Positions 21,216 through 30,551 of a stretch of 64,000 bases of DNA are shown here, piece after piece. Source of the DNA: Chloroflexota bacterium (GTDB lineage Bacteria; Chloroflexota; Dehalococcoidia; Lucifugimonadales; JADFKI01); contig JAQBUT010000015.1 in the NCBI GenBank assembly GCA_027623195.1, positions 20,062 through 84,061 of the forward strand, written 5' to 3'. The stretch's first letter is position 1; each line of letters starts with the position of its first letter. A program made the position numbers and the translations under genes. The notes under the pieces are model-generated. The model saw only the letters and a program-made list of their open reading frames with translations, was not told the DNA's origin and did no database searches.

Positions 21216-21500
21216 ATGGCTGGAGAAGCAAAAGTCGACGCCGAAATTATTTACTGCGTACCTTGACAGCATCTTGGTACTGCGGCCTGGACGGCCAATG
21301 AGTTATTTGCCCAGGGTGGCAAGGACGTCTCGATTAAGATTACGCCCGGCGTAGCCGGCGTTTTCCAGGTGTTCCTCGACGGCGAAAAGGTCTTCGATAG
21401 GAAAGAGGAAGGCAATATCTTCCCTGACCTGACGAGGGTTAAGCAGATGAGGGCAATTCTGCAGGAGAAGATCAACTCTGCTCCCGTAGCAGCAGACTAG
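21216..21500 (+). CDS. Rdx (SelW/SelT/SelH-like) selenoprotein, CxxU motif, in-frame TGA at 21264-21266
   Basis: AAGGAGG RBS; MAGEAKVDAEIIYCVP(U)QHLGTAAWTANELF...ITPGVAGVFQVFLDGEKVFDRKEEGNIFPD... Homology continues across the TGA. Confidence 0.88.
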
Positions 21501-21522
21501 TTCTTCAAGGAATCGAAGATTT

Positions 21523-21557
21523 AAATGCCCCGGACTGATTCAGTCCGGGGCATTTTT
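21523..21557 (+). terminator. Intrinsic terminator
   Basis: AAATGCCCCGGACTG / CAGTCCGGGGCATTT followed by a T-run. Confidence 0.85.
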
Positions 21558-21614
21558 GTTAATATATGTATGTAATATCTTTTTACCAATAATAGATCGG
21601 CTAGCGTTAGTTTC

Positions 21615-22442
21615 ATGCATTTGCCCGACATTTGGAATCAGTTCGATAGTATTGTCAGGTCCCCCGACGAGGAGATAGACTTGGCTCGTACTGCATTGCT
21701 AATTGCAGCTACGGAATATCCTAAGCTAAACGTGGAGCGGGAGCTGTATAGGCTCGGTCTCTTGGCCGACGGCATTGCTCACCGAGTGTATGACGACCCC
21801 AGCCCGCTATACCATCTGAACACGCTGAGCGAGTACCTCTTCGACGAGGTCGGCTTCCGGGGCAACTACGAAAACTACTACGACCCCAAGAACAGCTTCT
21901 TCAACGACGTTTTGGAACGCCGCCTGGGCATACCCATTACTCTTTCCATGTTGTATATCGAGGTTGGCAGGCGCGTGGGCGTGCCCTTACAGGGAATCGG
22001 CATGCCGGGACATTTCCTGGTGAAACACGCCGATGTAGATGATCACTTCGTCGATCCGTATCAGAATGGCGTACTTCTCACGACAGCCGAATGCAAGGCC
22101 AAATTTAACCAGGTAACCCACGGAGACCTGATTTGGGACGAACGTTACCTCAGCCCAGTGAGCAGCCGCGAATTCGTGGCTCGTATGCTCAGAAACCTCA
22201 AAGCAATATACCTTCAGCGGCGAGACTATACGCGGGTGTTGTCCACCATAGACAGGCTGCTATCCATTCAGCCTGAGGCCACCGAGGAGCGCCGCGATCG
22301 CGGTGTCGTCAACTACCGGCTCGGCAATCACGAAGAGGCCCTTCAAGACCTTAATACGTATGTCAGCACCGTCTCGAATCCGTCCGACGCCGGGACCGTA
22401 CACCAGCTTATAGACCAGATCCAAGGTATCCTGGACGACTAA
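21615..22442 (+). CDS. SirB1-like transglutaminase-core plus TPR protein
   Basis: YYDPKNS, GIPITLS, MPGHFLV, RMLRNLK, RDRG. Confidence 0.9.
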   Translation: MHLPDIWNQFDSIVRSPDEEIDLARTALLIAATEYPKLNVERELYRLGLLADGIAHRVYDDPSPLYHLNTLSEYLFDEVGFRGNYENYYDPKNSFFNDVLERRLGIPITLSMLYIEVGRRVGVPLQGIGMPGHFLVKHADVDDHFVDPYQNGVLLTTAECKAKFNQVTHGDLIWDERYLSPVSSREFVARMLRNLKAIYLQRRDYTRVLSTIDRLLSIQPEATEERRDRGVVNYRLGNHEEALQDLNTYVSTVSNPSDAGTVHQLIDQIQGILDD

Positions 22443-22557
22443 TCCCCTTCTGCCCAGTCCCCTCTTACGGCTATCCTTCCAACTGTGCTAATATTCCTCC
22501 GTCGAAACACACTCTTTCCGTTAGACCTCATTAACTCGGTATTCTGAGGCAAAGCAC

Positions 22558-23484
22558 ATGACACAAATAATTCCCGAAGACTACGTCTGCAAAGTCCAGA
22601 AACCAGCGGACTTCGACCAGTTCTGGGACGATGTCCTGGGACAGGCCGTGCTGATCCCTTTGAACGCGGAGACAGTTGCCGATCCGCTAAGGACCTCAGA
22701 TGATATCGAAACGTTCCAGGTGTTTTACGACAGCCTGGACGGCGTTCGGATTGCGGCCTGGTACTGCGTCCCCAGAAAACGGACGGGCAGGCTTCCAGCG
22801 GTGCTGTTCCTACCCGGATACCAGAGCGATCCTCCCATACCAAAGGACTGGGCCAGACGAGGTTATGCCGCAATCACGGCCGCGCCACGGGGAAAGCTGA
22901 GAAGCAACGGTCAGTTCAATCCAGGCTACCCTAATCTGCTGACCCACAACATTATCGACCGCAATACCTACTCGTATCGAGGCTTTTACGTCGACGCCTG
23001 GCGAGCAGTGGACTACCTGCTGAGCCGCGACGAGGTAGACGACAGTAGAATCGGTGTGGCGGGCAGCAGTCAGGGCGGAGGCCTAACCATTACGACTGCG
23101 GCCATGAGACAGGAAATTGCTGTTGCCTCGGCCGGTGCGCCCTACCTGTGCGGCTTCACGGACGCCATCGACCTGGAGGTCAGCTATCCATACGAGGAGA
23201 TCAACGACTACCTGCGGCTGCATCCAGGGCACAGGGCGGAGGTGGAACGTACGCTGGCCTACTTCGACGGCATAAGCTTCGCCGATCGAATAAGTTGCCC
23301 AACCATCGTGAACATCGGCTTGCAAGATAACGTGGTGCCCCCTGAGACGGGATACGCGCTGTTCAATGCCATAGGAAGCTCCGACAAGAGGCTGTATGCC
23401 TACGATGGTCACGGTCACGAGGCAGGTCGCTACAAGCACAATGCCGTAATAGCCGATTTCTTCGCCAAACACCTCAAGCCATAA
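22558..23484 (+). CDS. Acetylxylan esterase / cephalosporin-C deacetylase (CE7) family
   Basis: PADFDQFW, GSSQGGG, GLQDNVVPP, GHGHE. Confidence 0.9.
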   Translation: MTQIIPEDYVCKVQKPADFDQFWDDVLGQAVLIPLNAETVADPLRTSDDIETFQVFYDSLDGVRIAAWYCVPRKRTGRLPAVLFLPGYQSDPPIPKDWARRGYAAITAAPRGKLRSNGQFNPGYPNLLTHNIIDRNTYSYRGFYVDAWRAVDYLLSRDEVDDSRIGVAGSSQGGGLTITTAAMRQEIAVASAGAPYLCGFTDAIDLEVSYPYEEINDYLRLHPGHRAEVERTLAYFDGISFADRISCPTIVNIGLQDNVVPPETGYALFNAIGSSDKRLYAYDGHGHEAGRYKHNAVIADFFAKHLKP

Positions 23485-23513
23485 TTTTAGTCCACGAATA
23501 AGAGGATTTTCCG

Positions 23514-24419
23514 ATGTGGGAAGGCCAACCCTCCGATTTAGATACCTACTGGCGGGACACCCTGGATGACCTGGCGCGATTCCCCGCTGCGCCCGAGGTC
23601 GACCTGCTGCCCATTCGCAGCACCGATTTTGCCACGGCGTATGCCGTGAGACTAACCAGCGTGGGGCCGTACAGGCTGTTCGGTTACCTGAGTATACCCA
23701 AAGGGGATGGGCCTTTCCCTGCCATCTACTACCCGCCCAAGTATCAGAGCGTGCTGGAACTTATACCGCAGGGTTCTTCCAACGAGCTGCGTACCCGGTT
23801 CATCACCTTCTCTCTGGCGGGAAGGGGACAGCGCAATTCGGACCAGCCGTTCTCGGCTATGTTCCCGGGATTGCTGACGGAGAGGATTCACGACGCCCAG
23901 AGCTACGTATTCCGTGGGGTTGTGGCCGATGCGATTCGCGGTCAGGAGTACCTGCTGACTCGCCCTGAGCTGGACCGCAGCCGCGTCGTGTCCATGGGCA
24001 ACGATGTCGGCCTAATTGCAGCCGCCCTTCACCAGGGAGTCAGCCATGTAGTCTGCACCCCTGCGCTTTTCTTCGACAGCATCAACCTGGCATCCAGGAC
24101 AGGCGCCTATCCCCTGGAGGAGATCAACGATTACGTGAACGCCTTTCCAAGCAGGCGTGACGCGGTCGCTCAATCTCTGGCCTACCTGGACATCAGAGGC
24201 TTCGCGCCCAAGGTCCACTCCTCGACATTGCTGATGGCTGATGCCTCTGGCGGTCTCATGGATAGCGTAGCCCTCCGGCCAGTTGCTGACGCAATTCAGG
24301 GCAAGGCAATGCTCCACGACTCCGATAGCTCTTCCTACAAAGATGGCATGTTCATCGAGAAATGGATAGCGGCAGAGTTTGGGTACGAAGAAGCGCTGGT
24401 GCCCAGGCATTGGCAGTAG
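23514..24419 (+). CDS. CE7-family paralogue with degenerate catalytic motifs
   Basis: PSDLDTYW, GRGQ, YVFRGVVAD and YPLEEINDY shared with the neighbour; no GxSxG. Confidence 0.75.
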   Translation: MWEGQPSDLDTYWRDTLDDLARFPAAPEVDLLPIRSTDFATAYAVRLTSVGPYRLFGYLSIPKGDGPFPAIYYPPKYQSVLELIPQGSSNELRTRFITFSLAGRGQRNSDQPFSAMFPGLLTERIHDAQSYVFRGVVADAIRGQEYLLTRPELDRSRVVSMGNDVGLIAAALHQGVSHVVCTPALFFDSINLASRTGAYPLEEINDYVNAFPSRRDAVAQSLAYLDIRGFAPKVHSSTLLMADASGGLMDSVALRPVADAIQGKAMLHDSDSSSYKDGMFIEKWIAAEFGYEEALVPRHWQ

Positions 24420-24493
24420 CGCCTTCTGGATGACAGGATTAGGCCAATAAATATAGCTAGGGTTTAGCGACCTATTCCGTGCGGCGGATAATT

Positions 24494-24530
24494 AAAAAGC
24501 CTCTCCCAATTGCGGGAGAGGCTTTTTTTT
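24494..24530. terminator. Bidirectional intrinsic terminator
   Basis: AAAAAGCCTCTCCC-loop-GGGAGAGGCTTTTTTTT between convergent genes. Confidence 0.85.
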
Positions 24531-24611
24531 CATGGCTGTTTTGTAGTGCCGATCTTCAGGTTAGGGCTAAAGGGATTAGCCTGAGCCGAATATCAAAGAA
24601 TCCAAGAGAAT

Positions 24612-25019
24612 TTAGACAGCGAGTTCCAGGCCATTGTTGTCGGGGTCACTGGCCTCGGATGGTAGAAGCTCTACGATATCCATACCCTCGGCTGTAAGAG
24701 AAGCCTTGGCGCTCAGTATGGCCGCATGACTACCGTAGCACTGGTACTGGTTTATCCTCAGGCAACCTATCACCTGCTTGTGGTGTAGGGAAACCAGGGT
24801 GTGCTCAAGAATAGAGATGGGCTGCACATTGGAATCTATTAGAGACAGCGGCGGCTCCGGGGTATGCGGTGCCTGCATCCACGCGCGCAACTCCTGAAGG
24901 TCAGCCTTCTTGTCCTTGCGGAACAGGTATTCGGGATGCTTTTCCATTATGTCCAGAACTTGTCGTTCCATAGGAGGAAGTCTGGGGTCGTCGGCCATTA
25001 TCTGTTTGATGAGCGGCAT
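24612..25019 (-). CDS. Hypothetical protein
   Basis: 135-aa ORF with GAGGT RBS before ATG; no recognised family. Confidence 0.5.
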   Translation of the reverse strand: MPLIKQIMADDPRLPPMERQVLDIMEKHPEYLFRKDKKADLQELRAWMQAPHTPEPPLSLIDSNVQPISILEHTLVSLHHKQVIGCLRINQYQCYGSHAAILSAKASLTAEGMDIVELLPSEASDPDNNGLELAV

Positions 25020-25211
25020 AAACCTTACCTCGCGTTGATTACAACTTTCATTGATGAGACTTCACGTTAGCCCATGCATGAAGACTGTTTCTTGCTTGGT
25101 GAGGTTCAATACTTTGTACATTTCTTATATTTTGTTCAAACGATGTAAGTGGGCAGGACCGTTTACCATCGATTACAATTCTCGCGTCGAATCATCAACA
25201 ACCGGTGAAAA

Positions 25212-25550
25212 GTGTCTGACAGGCTTTACAGTGGCAAACGATTTCAGGAAGACGACAGGCGCGGTGTAATCGTGGAGGTGTCGGACGGCGAAAACAGACG
25301 CCCGCTTCCCTCCAGACTTGACCTGAAGGAGCATTCCACGACGCTGGAGTGGGGCTACGGCATGGGCGGGCCTGCTCAGCTAGCCCTGGCTATTCTGGCG
25401 GACGTTACCGGCGACGATGTGTATGCCAAGCGTCATCATCAGTGGTTCAAGTTAGAGGTCGTCGCCAGGTTCGGTTGGGACGAGTGGGGCCTGCGCGAAG
25501 GGCAGGTGTGGGACTGGATAAACGAGCACCACCCATTAGGCTCCGGGTAG
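25212..25550 (+). CDS. DUF6166-like protein
   Basis: HS...EWGYGMGGPAQLALAILAD motif. Confidence 0.65.
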   Translation: MSDRLYSGKRFQEDDRRGVIVEVSDGENRRPLPSRLDLKEHSTTLEWGYGMGGPAQLALAILADVTGDDVYAKRHHQWFKLEVVARFGWDEWGLREGQVWDWINEHHPLGSG

Positions 25551-25582
25551 CCGTGGATGTTCCGGATCGCCCGTAGGCCATC

Positions 25583-26422
25583 TCATATTACAAACACCTG
25601 TTCCGCGCGGCTAATTTGATTCGCTCTAACTTTCTTGCGAAGAGGTAGGAATAAGGCCAATCCAATCAAACCGGTAGCTCCAAAAACTACTATGCCGTCG
25701 ACCGGTATGCCGTACAGCCGCACGGTCTGAGTTAAAGCCAATAGTCCAAAGTAGCTGAAGACCAGGATCTCGAACCAGGTGCCCGCTGTAAAGAAAATAC
25801 CAAGTCGCCTGCGGTCTCTAACGCTTTTCTCAATCGTATTTTGCTGGCTAATACCTAAGCCATTGCCCGAGACAGAGTATTTTTTCTGCAATAACCTGGC
25901 GAAATATGCTGCACACATGACAAGTAGGAAAACGACAAAACCAACAATTGGGAATGACAGCCATACTTCGACCTCTGACCAGCCGGCCGTTGCTGAGGTC
26001 TTTCCGGGGCCGGTAAGGAGCGCGTCAAGGCTGACTGCCCACACGGCGGCCCAGAAGTGCTTTCGGCTGGACCATATGCTGACTTCGGTACCGCCTTCAT
26101 CCTTACCTGAAAGCCCCGCCGCATCTTTCACGACTTCCGAGACGAACCATGTCATGACGACCGCACCAGTCATGTAGACAATCGTAGAAAGTGGAGTGTT
26201 TATCGCTGCGTACCAGCCGCCGATGAAACCAACCAGTGGAAACAACCAGTGGGTGAAACCGATAGCAGACCCCCACTTTAATGCACTTCGCCCATCCGAG
26301 AAGCTGCCGAACCGACTTAGGGTGGCGATCATCGCGTCTGCGGCGATGCCCGCTGCGACGCCGAGGTTCAGTAATATGTAGTGCTGAAAGTTGGCGTCCG
26401 CAAAGTGTAAGAATTCGTCCAC
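25583..26422 (-). CDS. Membrane protein, possibly MntP (LysE superfamily)-like
   Basis: Two repeats with an intramembrane Asp (GIAADAM, AVSLDAL) and multiple TM segments. Confidence 0.55.
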   Translation of the reverse strand: MDEFLHFADANFQHYILLNLGVAAGIAADAMIATLSRFGSFSDGRSALKWGSAIGFTHWLFPLVGFIGGWYAAINTPLSTIVYMTGAVVMTWFVSEVVKDAAGLSGKDEGGTEVSIWSSRKHFWAAVWAVSLDALLTGPGKTSATAGWSEVEVWLSFPIVGFVVFLLVMCAAYFARLLQKKYSVSGNGLGISQQNTIEKSVRDRRRLGIFFTAGTWFEILVFSYFGLLALTQTVRLYGIPVDGIVVFGATGLIGLALFLPLRKKVRANQISRAEQVFVI

Positions 26423-26624
26423 TTTCCACCCAATCAGCTAAAAATCACCGAATTGATTTTAAATCGCGCATTCTCAATACGTGATTTCAACAATGCTATC
26501 GAATTGCAATGATGGCGACAATAACGGGTCGTGACATTGCCCAATTCGTACACTTGTGCAACATAGTTAAGTTACGCTTAAGGCGATTACTACCGGCCAA
26601 GCCCCAAGCCTTCAGCAGGATACC

Positions 26625-27632
26625 CTAAACTTTGGCTAATTTGGTGAAGCGTCCCCCTATTAACCACTCTGCTACGTATATGCTGCCGTCGGCGTCCACC
26701 GCGATGCCGTGAGGGCTGTTGAATTTACCAGCCTCTAGCAACGCCGTGGGAATGACGGCGCCATCTTCGCTCTTGTTGTTAGGCCAGCCGTCCACGCTGC
26801 TCACCTGTTCGTTGTCGCCCAGGTACGTAACCAGCTCATCGTCTATGTCTGTGATGGCCAGCTTGGCGCGAAGCTCGGCGATGACCATGAGGTCACCGTA
26901 CGTCGCGAAGCCGCTGGGCGTCGTCAGGAAGTCAGCGCCGAACACCCGCTTGGAGTTGCCTGCCAGGTCGTAGACCTGCACTCGCGCGTTGGCGCGGTCT
27001 GATACGTACAGCTCGGCGTAGGGCTTGCGCCGATCGATGAATATACCGTGAGGGCAGCTAAAGTGTCCCGCGCCCTCTTCGCCGTTGATGCTGGACAGGT
27101 ACTTGCCGTCCTTGTCGAACCTGTGCACGTAGCTCGCGCCGTAACCGTCGGCCACCCACACGTCGCCGTTGCCACCCATGCGCTCCTCGTTCACAGCGAT
27201 AGACGTCGGCGCGTAGCGGCTGTCCCGGTACACATCGACCGGAGGTTGGTCCAGCACCATAACGGTCTGGCCGTCCAGCGTCGTCTTGAACACCTGGCCC
27301 GATGCAGACTCCGCGCCCGGTGGGTAGTCGTAGCCGTGTTCGGGGCCTCGCTTGGAGCCGTTGTCGGCGATCCACAGATACTCCGTGCCGCCTTCGTTTA
27401 CCAGCGTAATGCCGTGAGCGTCCACGAACTCCCCGGTCCAGGAGCTTTTCAGGTTGCCTTCCTTATCGAAGGTCATCACCGTGGGGTCGCCTGCGTGGCA
27501 CGTGATGACATCGCCCGACTCTGTGACGACGATGCCCGGATGCGCCCAGCCCTTGCTGGCGCTCTCCGACTCGGGAACCTTGGCCCAATCGCCAACCCAG
27601 TTGTAAGTGTTATCGCCAGTGCCCAGTTGCAT
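26625..27632 (-). CDS. NHL-repeat beta-propeller protein (PAL-like)
   Basis: AHGI, VADGYG, FSCPHGI, VSDRAN, FNSPHGIAVD. Confidence 0.85.
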   Translation of the reverse strand: MQLGTGDNTYNWVGDWAKVPESESASKGWAHPGIVVTESGDVITCHAGDPTVMTFDKEGNLKSSWTGEFVDAHGITLVNEGGTEYLWIADNGSKRGPEHGYDYPPGAESASGQVFKTTLDGQTVMVLDQPPVDVYRDSRYAPTSIAVNEERMGGNGDVWVADGYGASYVHRFDKDGKYLSSINGEEGAGHFSCPHGIFIDRRKPYAELYVSDRANARVQVYDLAGNSKRVFGADFLTTPSGFATYGDLMVIAELRAKLAITDIDDELVTYLGDNEQVSSVDGWPNNKSEDGAVIPTALLEAGKFNSPHGIAVDADGSIYVAEWLIGGRFTKLAKV

Positions 27633-27672
27633 TTTCTAACTTCCTTCTCAGATGTTTGAGTTCGATTCGGGT

Positions 27673-28017
27673 CTATGAATGCCAGTCCACAATAGTCTCG
27701 TTAGGCGGAGGAGGGTCTTGGGACGGGTCCATGCCGTGCATCCCTACAAATACGGTCTCGCTGAGCCACTTGTCGAAGGGATGCTCTGAATTCATGATCT
27801 TCGCATTAACGGCGTTGGGATCATCCGACTCGAGATAAATGACCAGAAAATCTCCCGTGGGAGTGCGTTGCAGACTTGCGAATTCTCGAGTGATACCCGC
27901 ACGGTGCAATAGGCCTACGAATTCGCTTTTGCGATTAGCGTATACGTCCGTGATGGTCTGCTTCCATTCTTCTGTCTTGCCCGGAAGTATCGGCACAAAG
28001 AAAGTTGTCGCTGGCAT
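27673..28017 (-). CDS. Small conserved protein (probable dimeric alpha-beta barrel, DUF6176-like)
   Basis: PILPGK...GITRE...Q.TP.GD...FDKW...HG.D pattern; GGGAG RBS. Confidence 0.6.
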   Translation of the reverse strand: MPATTFFVPILPGKTEEWKQTITDVYANRKSEFVGLLHRAGITREFASLQRTPTGDFLVIYLESDDPNAVNAKIMNSEHPFDKWLSETVFVGMHGMDPSQDPPPPNETIVDWHS

Positions 28018-28095
28018 TGTCGTCTCCCTTAATGGCTAATCTGTTGATCTAGAACCACGAGTCTGAATTCGGGGCTTCCAGAACAGGCCGTTCAC

Positions 28096-28131
28096 CCCTA
28101 ACCCCTCTCCGCACGCAGAGAGGGGTTAGGG
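28096..28131. repeat. REP-like 14-bp inverted repeat
   Basis: CCCTAACCCCTCTC-N8-GAGAGGGGTTAGGG immediately after the fdhA stop; no U-tract. Confidence 0.7.
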
Positions 28132-28135
28132 CAGT

Positions 28136-29287
28136 TTACGGATTCAGAATAACCTTGGTGTAGCCGTCTATGCGCTTGTCGAACTTGTCGTAGGCGTCCA
28201 CGGCGTCGCTCAGCGGCACCTCGTGGGAGACCACGAAGCTGGGCTTGGCCTTGCCCGCCGTGATAAGGTCGCGCAGTTGAGAGTTGTACTGCTTCACGTT
28301 GCACTGACCGGTGCCCAACCGCAGGCCCTTCTCGAACAGCTTGCCGAAGTTGAGGGACAGGGAGCCTCGCTTCGCCCCCTCGTCAACTCCACCCGGGTCC
28401 GACGGCACGTACAGGCCTGGGATGCCCATTATGCCTGTGGGGTTGATGATGTCGATCATCTGGTTCAGGACAATGTTGGGGACCTCTTCCTGCTCGCCGC
28501 CGGCAGCCGATGAGCCTCGCGCCGCAGCCTGGTAACCTACTGCGTCGATAGTCTTGTCCACGCCGTCGCCGCCGCGCATGTCGCGGATCATCTGCACCGG
28601 GTCTCCGTCGTCGAAGTTGATGGGAATGCCGCCAATCTCACCGGCCTTGTCCAGGCGTTCTTTCACGTGATCGATGACGTACACCTCCGCCGCGCCTCGA
28701 ATCACACAGCTATATGCCGCCATCAGGCCAACGGGACCCGCGCCGAACACCGCCACGCTCTCGCCGGGGCTCACATCCGCTAGCTCTGCGCCGTGGTAGC
28801 CGGTTGGGAAGATGTCGGCCAGCAGTGCGTAATCGGCCTCGTTTTGCATCCCAGGAGGAAGGAGTAGGCAGTTGAAGTCGGCAAAAGGCACCTGCAGGTA
28901 CTCGGCCTGACCTCCGCGCCAAGGACCCATGGCCACGTAGCCGTACGCCCCGCCCGCGAATCCGGGGTTCACCGTCACGCAGAAGCCGGTGAAGCCGCGT
29001 TGGCAGTTCTTGCAAAAGCCACAGCCCACGTTGAATGGCATTACCACCCTGTCGCCGACCTTGCGCTCCTTGACCGCAGAGCCAACCTCCTCGATTATGC
29101 CCATGTTCTCGTGGCCGAATATGATGCCTGGCTCTGCGGCAGTTCGGCCCTCGTACATGTGAAGGTCGGACCCGCAAATGCAGGTCGAGGTAACCTTCAC
29201 GATGACGTCATTGGGGTGCAGTATCTGTGGGTCTGGAACCTCCACCACCGCCACGCTAAATGGTCCTTTGTAGACAACGGCCTTCAT
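28136..29287 (-). CDS. fdhA: Glutathione-independent formaldehyde dehydrogenase family (Zn-MDR)
   Basis: ICGSDLHMY, GHE, CGFCKNC, GGQAEYL.VPFADFN, DIFPTG, GAGPVG, GLYVPSDPG. Confidence 0.85.
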   Translation of the reverse strand: MKAVVYKGPFSVAVVEVPDPQILHPNDVIVKVTSTCICGSDLHMYEGRTAAEPGIIFGHENMGIIEEVGSAVKERKVGDRVVMPFNVGCGFCKNCQRGFTGFCVTVNPGFAGGAYGYVAMGPWRGGQAEYLQVPFADFNCLLLPPGMQNEADYALLADIFPTGYHGAELADVSPGESVAVFGAGPVGLMAAYSCVIRGAAEVYVIDHVKERLDKAGEIGGIPINFDDGDPVQMIRDMRGGDGVDKTIDAVGYQAAARGSSAAGGEQEEVPNIVLNQMIDIINPTGIMGIPGLYVPSDPGGVDEGAKRGSLSLNFGKLFEKGLRLGTGQCNVKQYNSQLRDLITAGKAKPSFVVSHEVPLSDAVDAYDKFDKRIDGYTKVILNP

Positions 29288-29476
29288 GGGACGCCTCCTT
29301 CTAATATTTAATAGGTTGTCAATTGATAAGAATATTCCCAGGGGGAATGGCTATGAACGGCCCAACGCAGGGCGATTTTGGGCTGAATTGTATCAGGGTG
29401 GAATAAGCCTGTCGAACCGTTTTTGGACTGTTGACAGCCTATGGGTTGGCAAATATGCTGAGGCATCTTTGTAGAC

Positions 29477-29553
29477 CAGCTTTCAGCCTCTAGCAGTCAG
29501 GGCTCTGCCTGATTGGCTGGCCGCTGATAGCTAAAAGCTAATAACTGAAGACT
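29477..29553. repeat. Inverted arrays of degenerate heptamers
   Basis: CAGCTTT CAGCCTC TAGCAGT CAG ... CTGATTG GCTGGCC GCTGATA GCTAAAA GCTAATA ACTGAAG. Confidence 0.55.
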
Positions 29554-29562
29554 GGAGCATAC

Positions 29563-30327
29563 ATGCGACTTGAAAATAAGGTAGCCATCATCACTGGCGG
29601 GGCGTCCGGCATTGGCAGGGCCATTTGCGAGGTATTCGCCGAGGAGGGAGCGCGGCTGGCCGTGGCGGACATCGACGAGGCAGGCGGGCAGGAGACAGTG
29701 GCCAAAGTCCGCGCAGCAGGTGGACAGGCCATCTTCGTTCCCACGGATGTGTCTGACGAGGCGCAAGTGCAGGAGCTGGTGGGTCGGACGGTCGACGCCT
29801 ATGGCACCGTGAACGTGCTTGTTAACGACGCCGCTGCCTTTGAATTCGGCAAAGTAGAGGACGTTACAGACGAGCAGTGGCAGAGGGTGTTTGCCGTCAA
29901 TGTCATCGGACAGGCCTACTGCGTGAAGCACGTCCTGCCCTACATGCGCCTGGCCGGTGGTGGAGCCATCGTGAACATCGCCTCGGTGAGTGGCTTCATA
30001 GCCCAGCCGGCGTTCGTGCCGTACAACGCCTCCAAGGGCGCTGTGATGCAGTTGACCCGGTGCCTTGCCTTGGACCTAGCTCCCGACAAGATACGCGTCA
30101 ACTGCGTCTGCCCCGGAGCAATACTAACGCCAGCCACGGAGCGCCATCGCCGGTTCGAAGGCCGCGACCGCGAGGAGTTTTTAGCTGAGGCAGCGGGTGG
30201 CAATTTCATGAAGCGTGTCGGCGACCCCAGGGAGATTGCCTACGGAGCGCTGTTCCTGGCATCGGATGAGGCGAGCTTCGTCACCGGCACCCCGCTGGTC
30301 ATGGACGGCGGCGCAACGGCGCAGTAG
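29563..30327 (+). CDS. SDR family oxidoreductase
   Basis: TGGASGIG, YNASK, IRVNCVCPG, DGG. Confidence 0.93.
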   Translation: MRLENKVAIITGGASGIGRAICEVFAEEGARLAVADIDEAGGQETVAKVRAAGGQAIFVPTDVSDEAQVQELVGRTVDAYGTVNVLVNDAAAFEFGKVEDVTDEQWQRVFAVNVIGQAYCVKHVLPYMRLAGGGAIVNIASVSGFIAQPAFVPYNASKGAVMQLTRCLALDLAPDKIRVNCVCPGAILTPATERHRRFEGRDREEFLAEAAGGNFMKRVGDPREIAYGALFLASDEASFVTGTPLVMDGGATAQ

Positions 30328-30551
30328 TTATAAGGGGAAAATGGCCGCGAGCCAGCACTGTTTCTTACGTTCATGGTTTTGGCGAGGATTATCGGCGGTT
30401 GTGATTCTTGCGATATTGGCATAATCTTGTGCGAATATTGATGTAACGGAGATTGCCGTGCCTCTGGCCCCAATGCCTATCTACTACCAAAATCTATCGT
30501 GTCCACTTTGCGGGGGCTTTGAGTTTGAAGTGTTGCTTGAGGGACGGTAAG

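Noticed and set aside
21251..21475. 74-aa minus-strand ORF from the track
   Set aside because: Shadow of the plus-strand Rdx selenoprotein gene, which has an RBS, promoter and terminator
24542..24568. GTAG-type REP element
   Set aside because: Palindrome too degenerate, single copy, and no RAYT transposase nearby
26423..26624. Mn riboswitch or metal-regulator box upstream of the MntP-like gene
   Set aside because: No yybP-ykoY consensus; only weak AT-rich dyads
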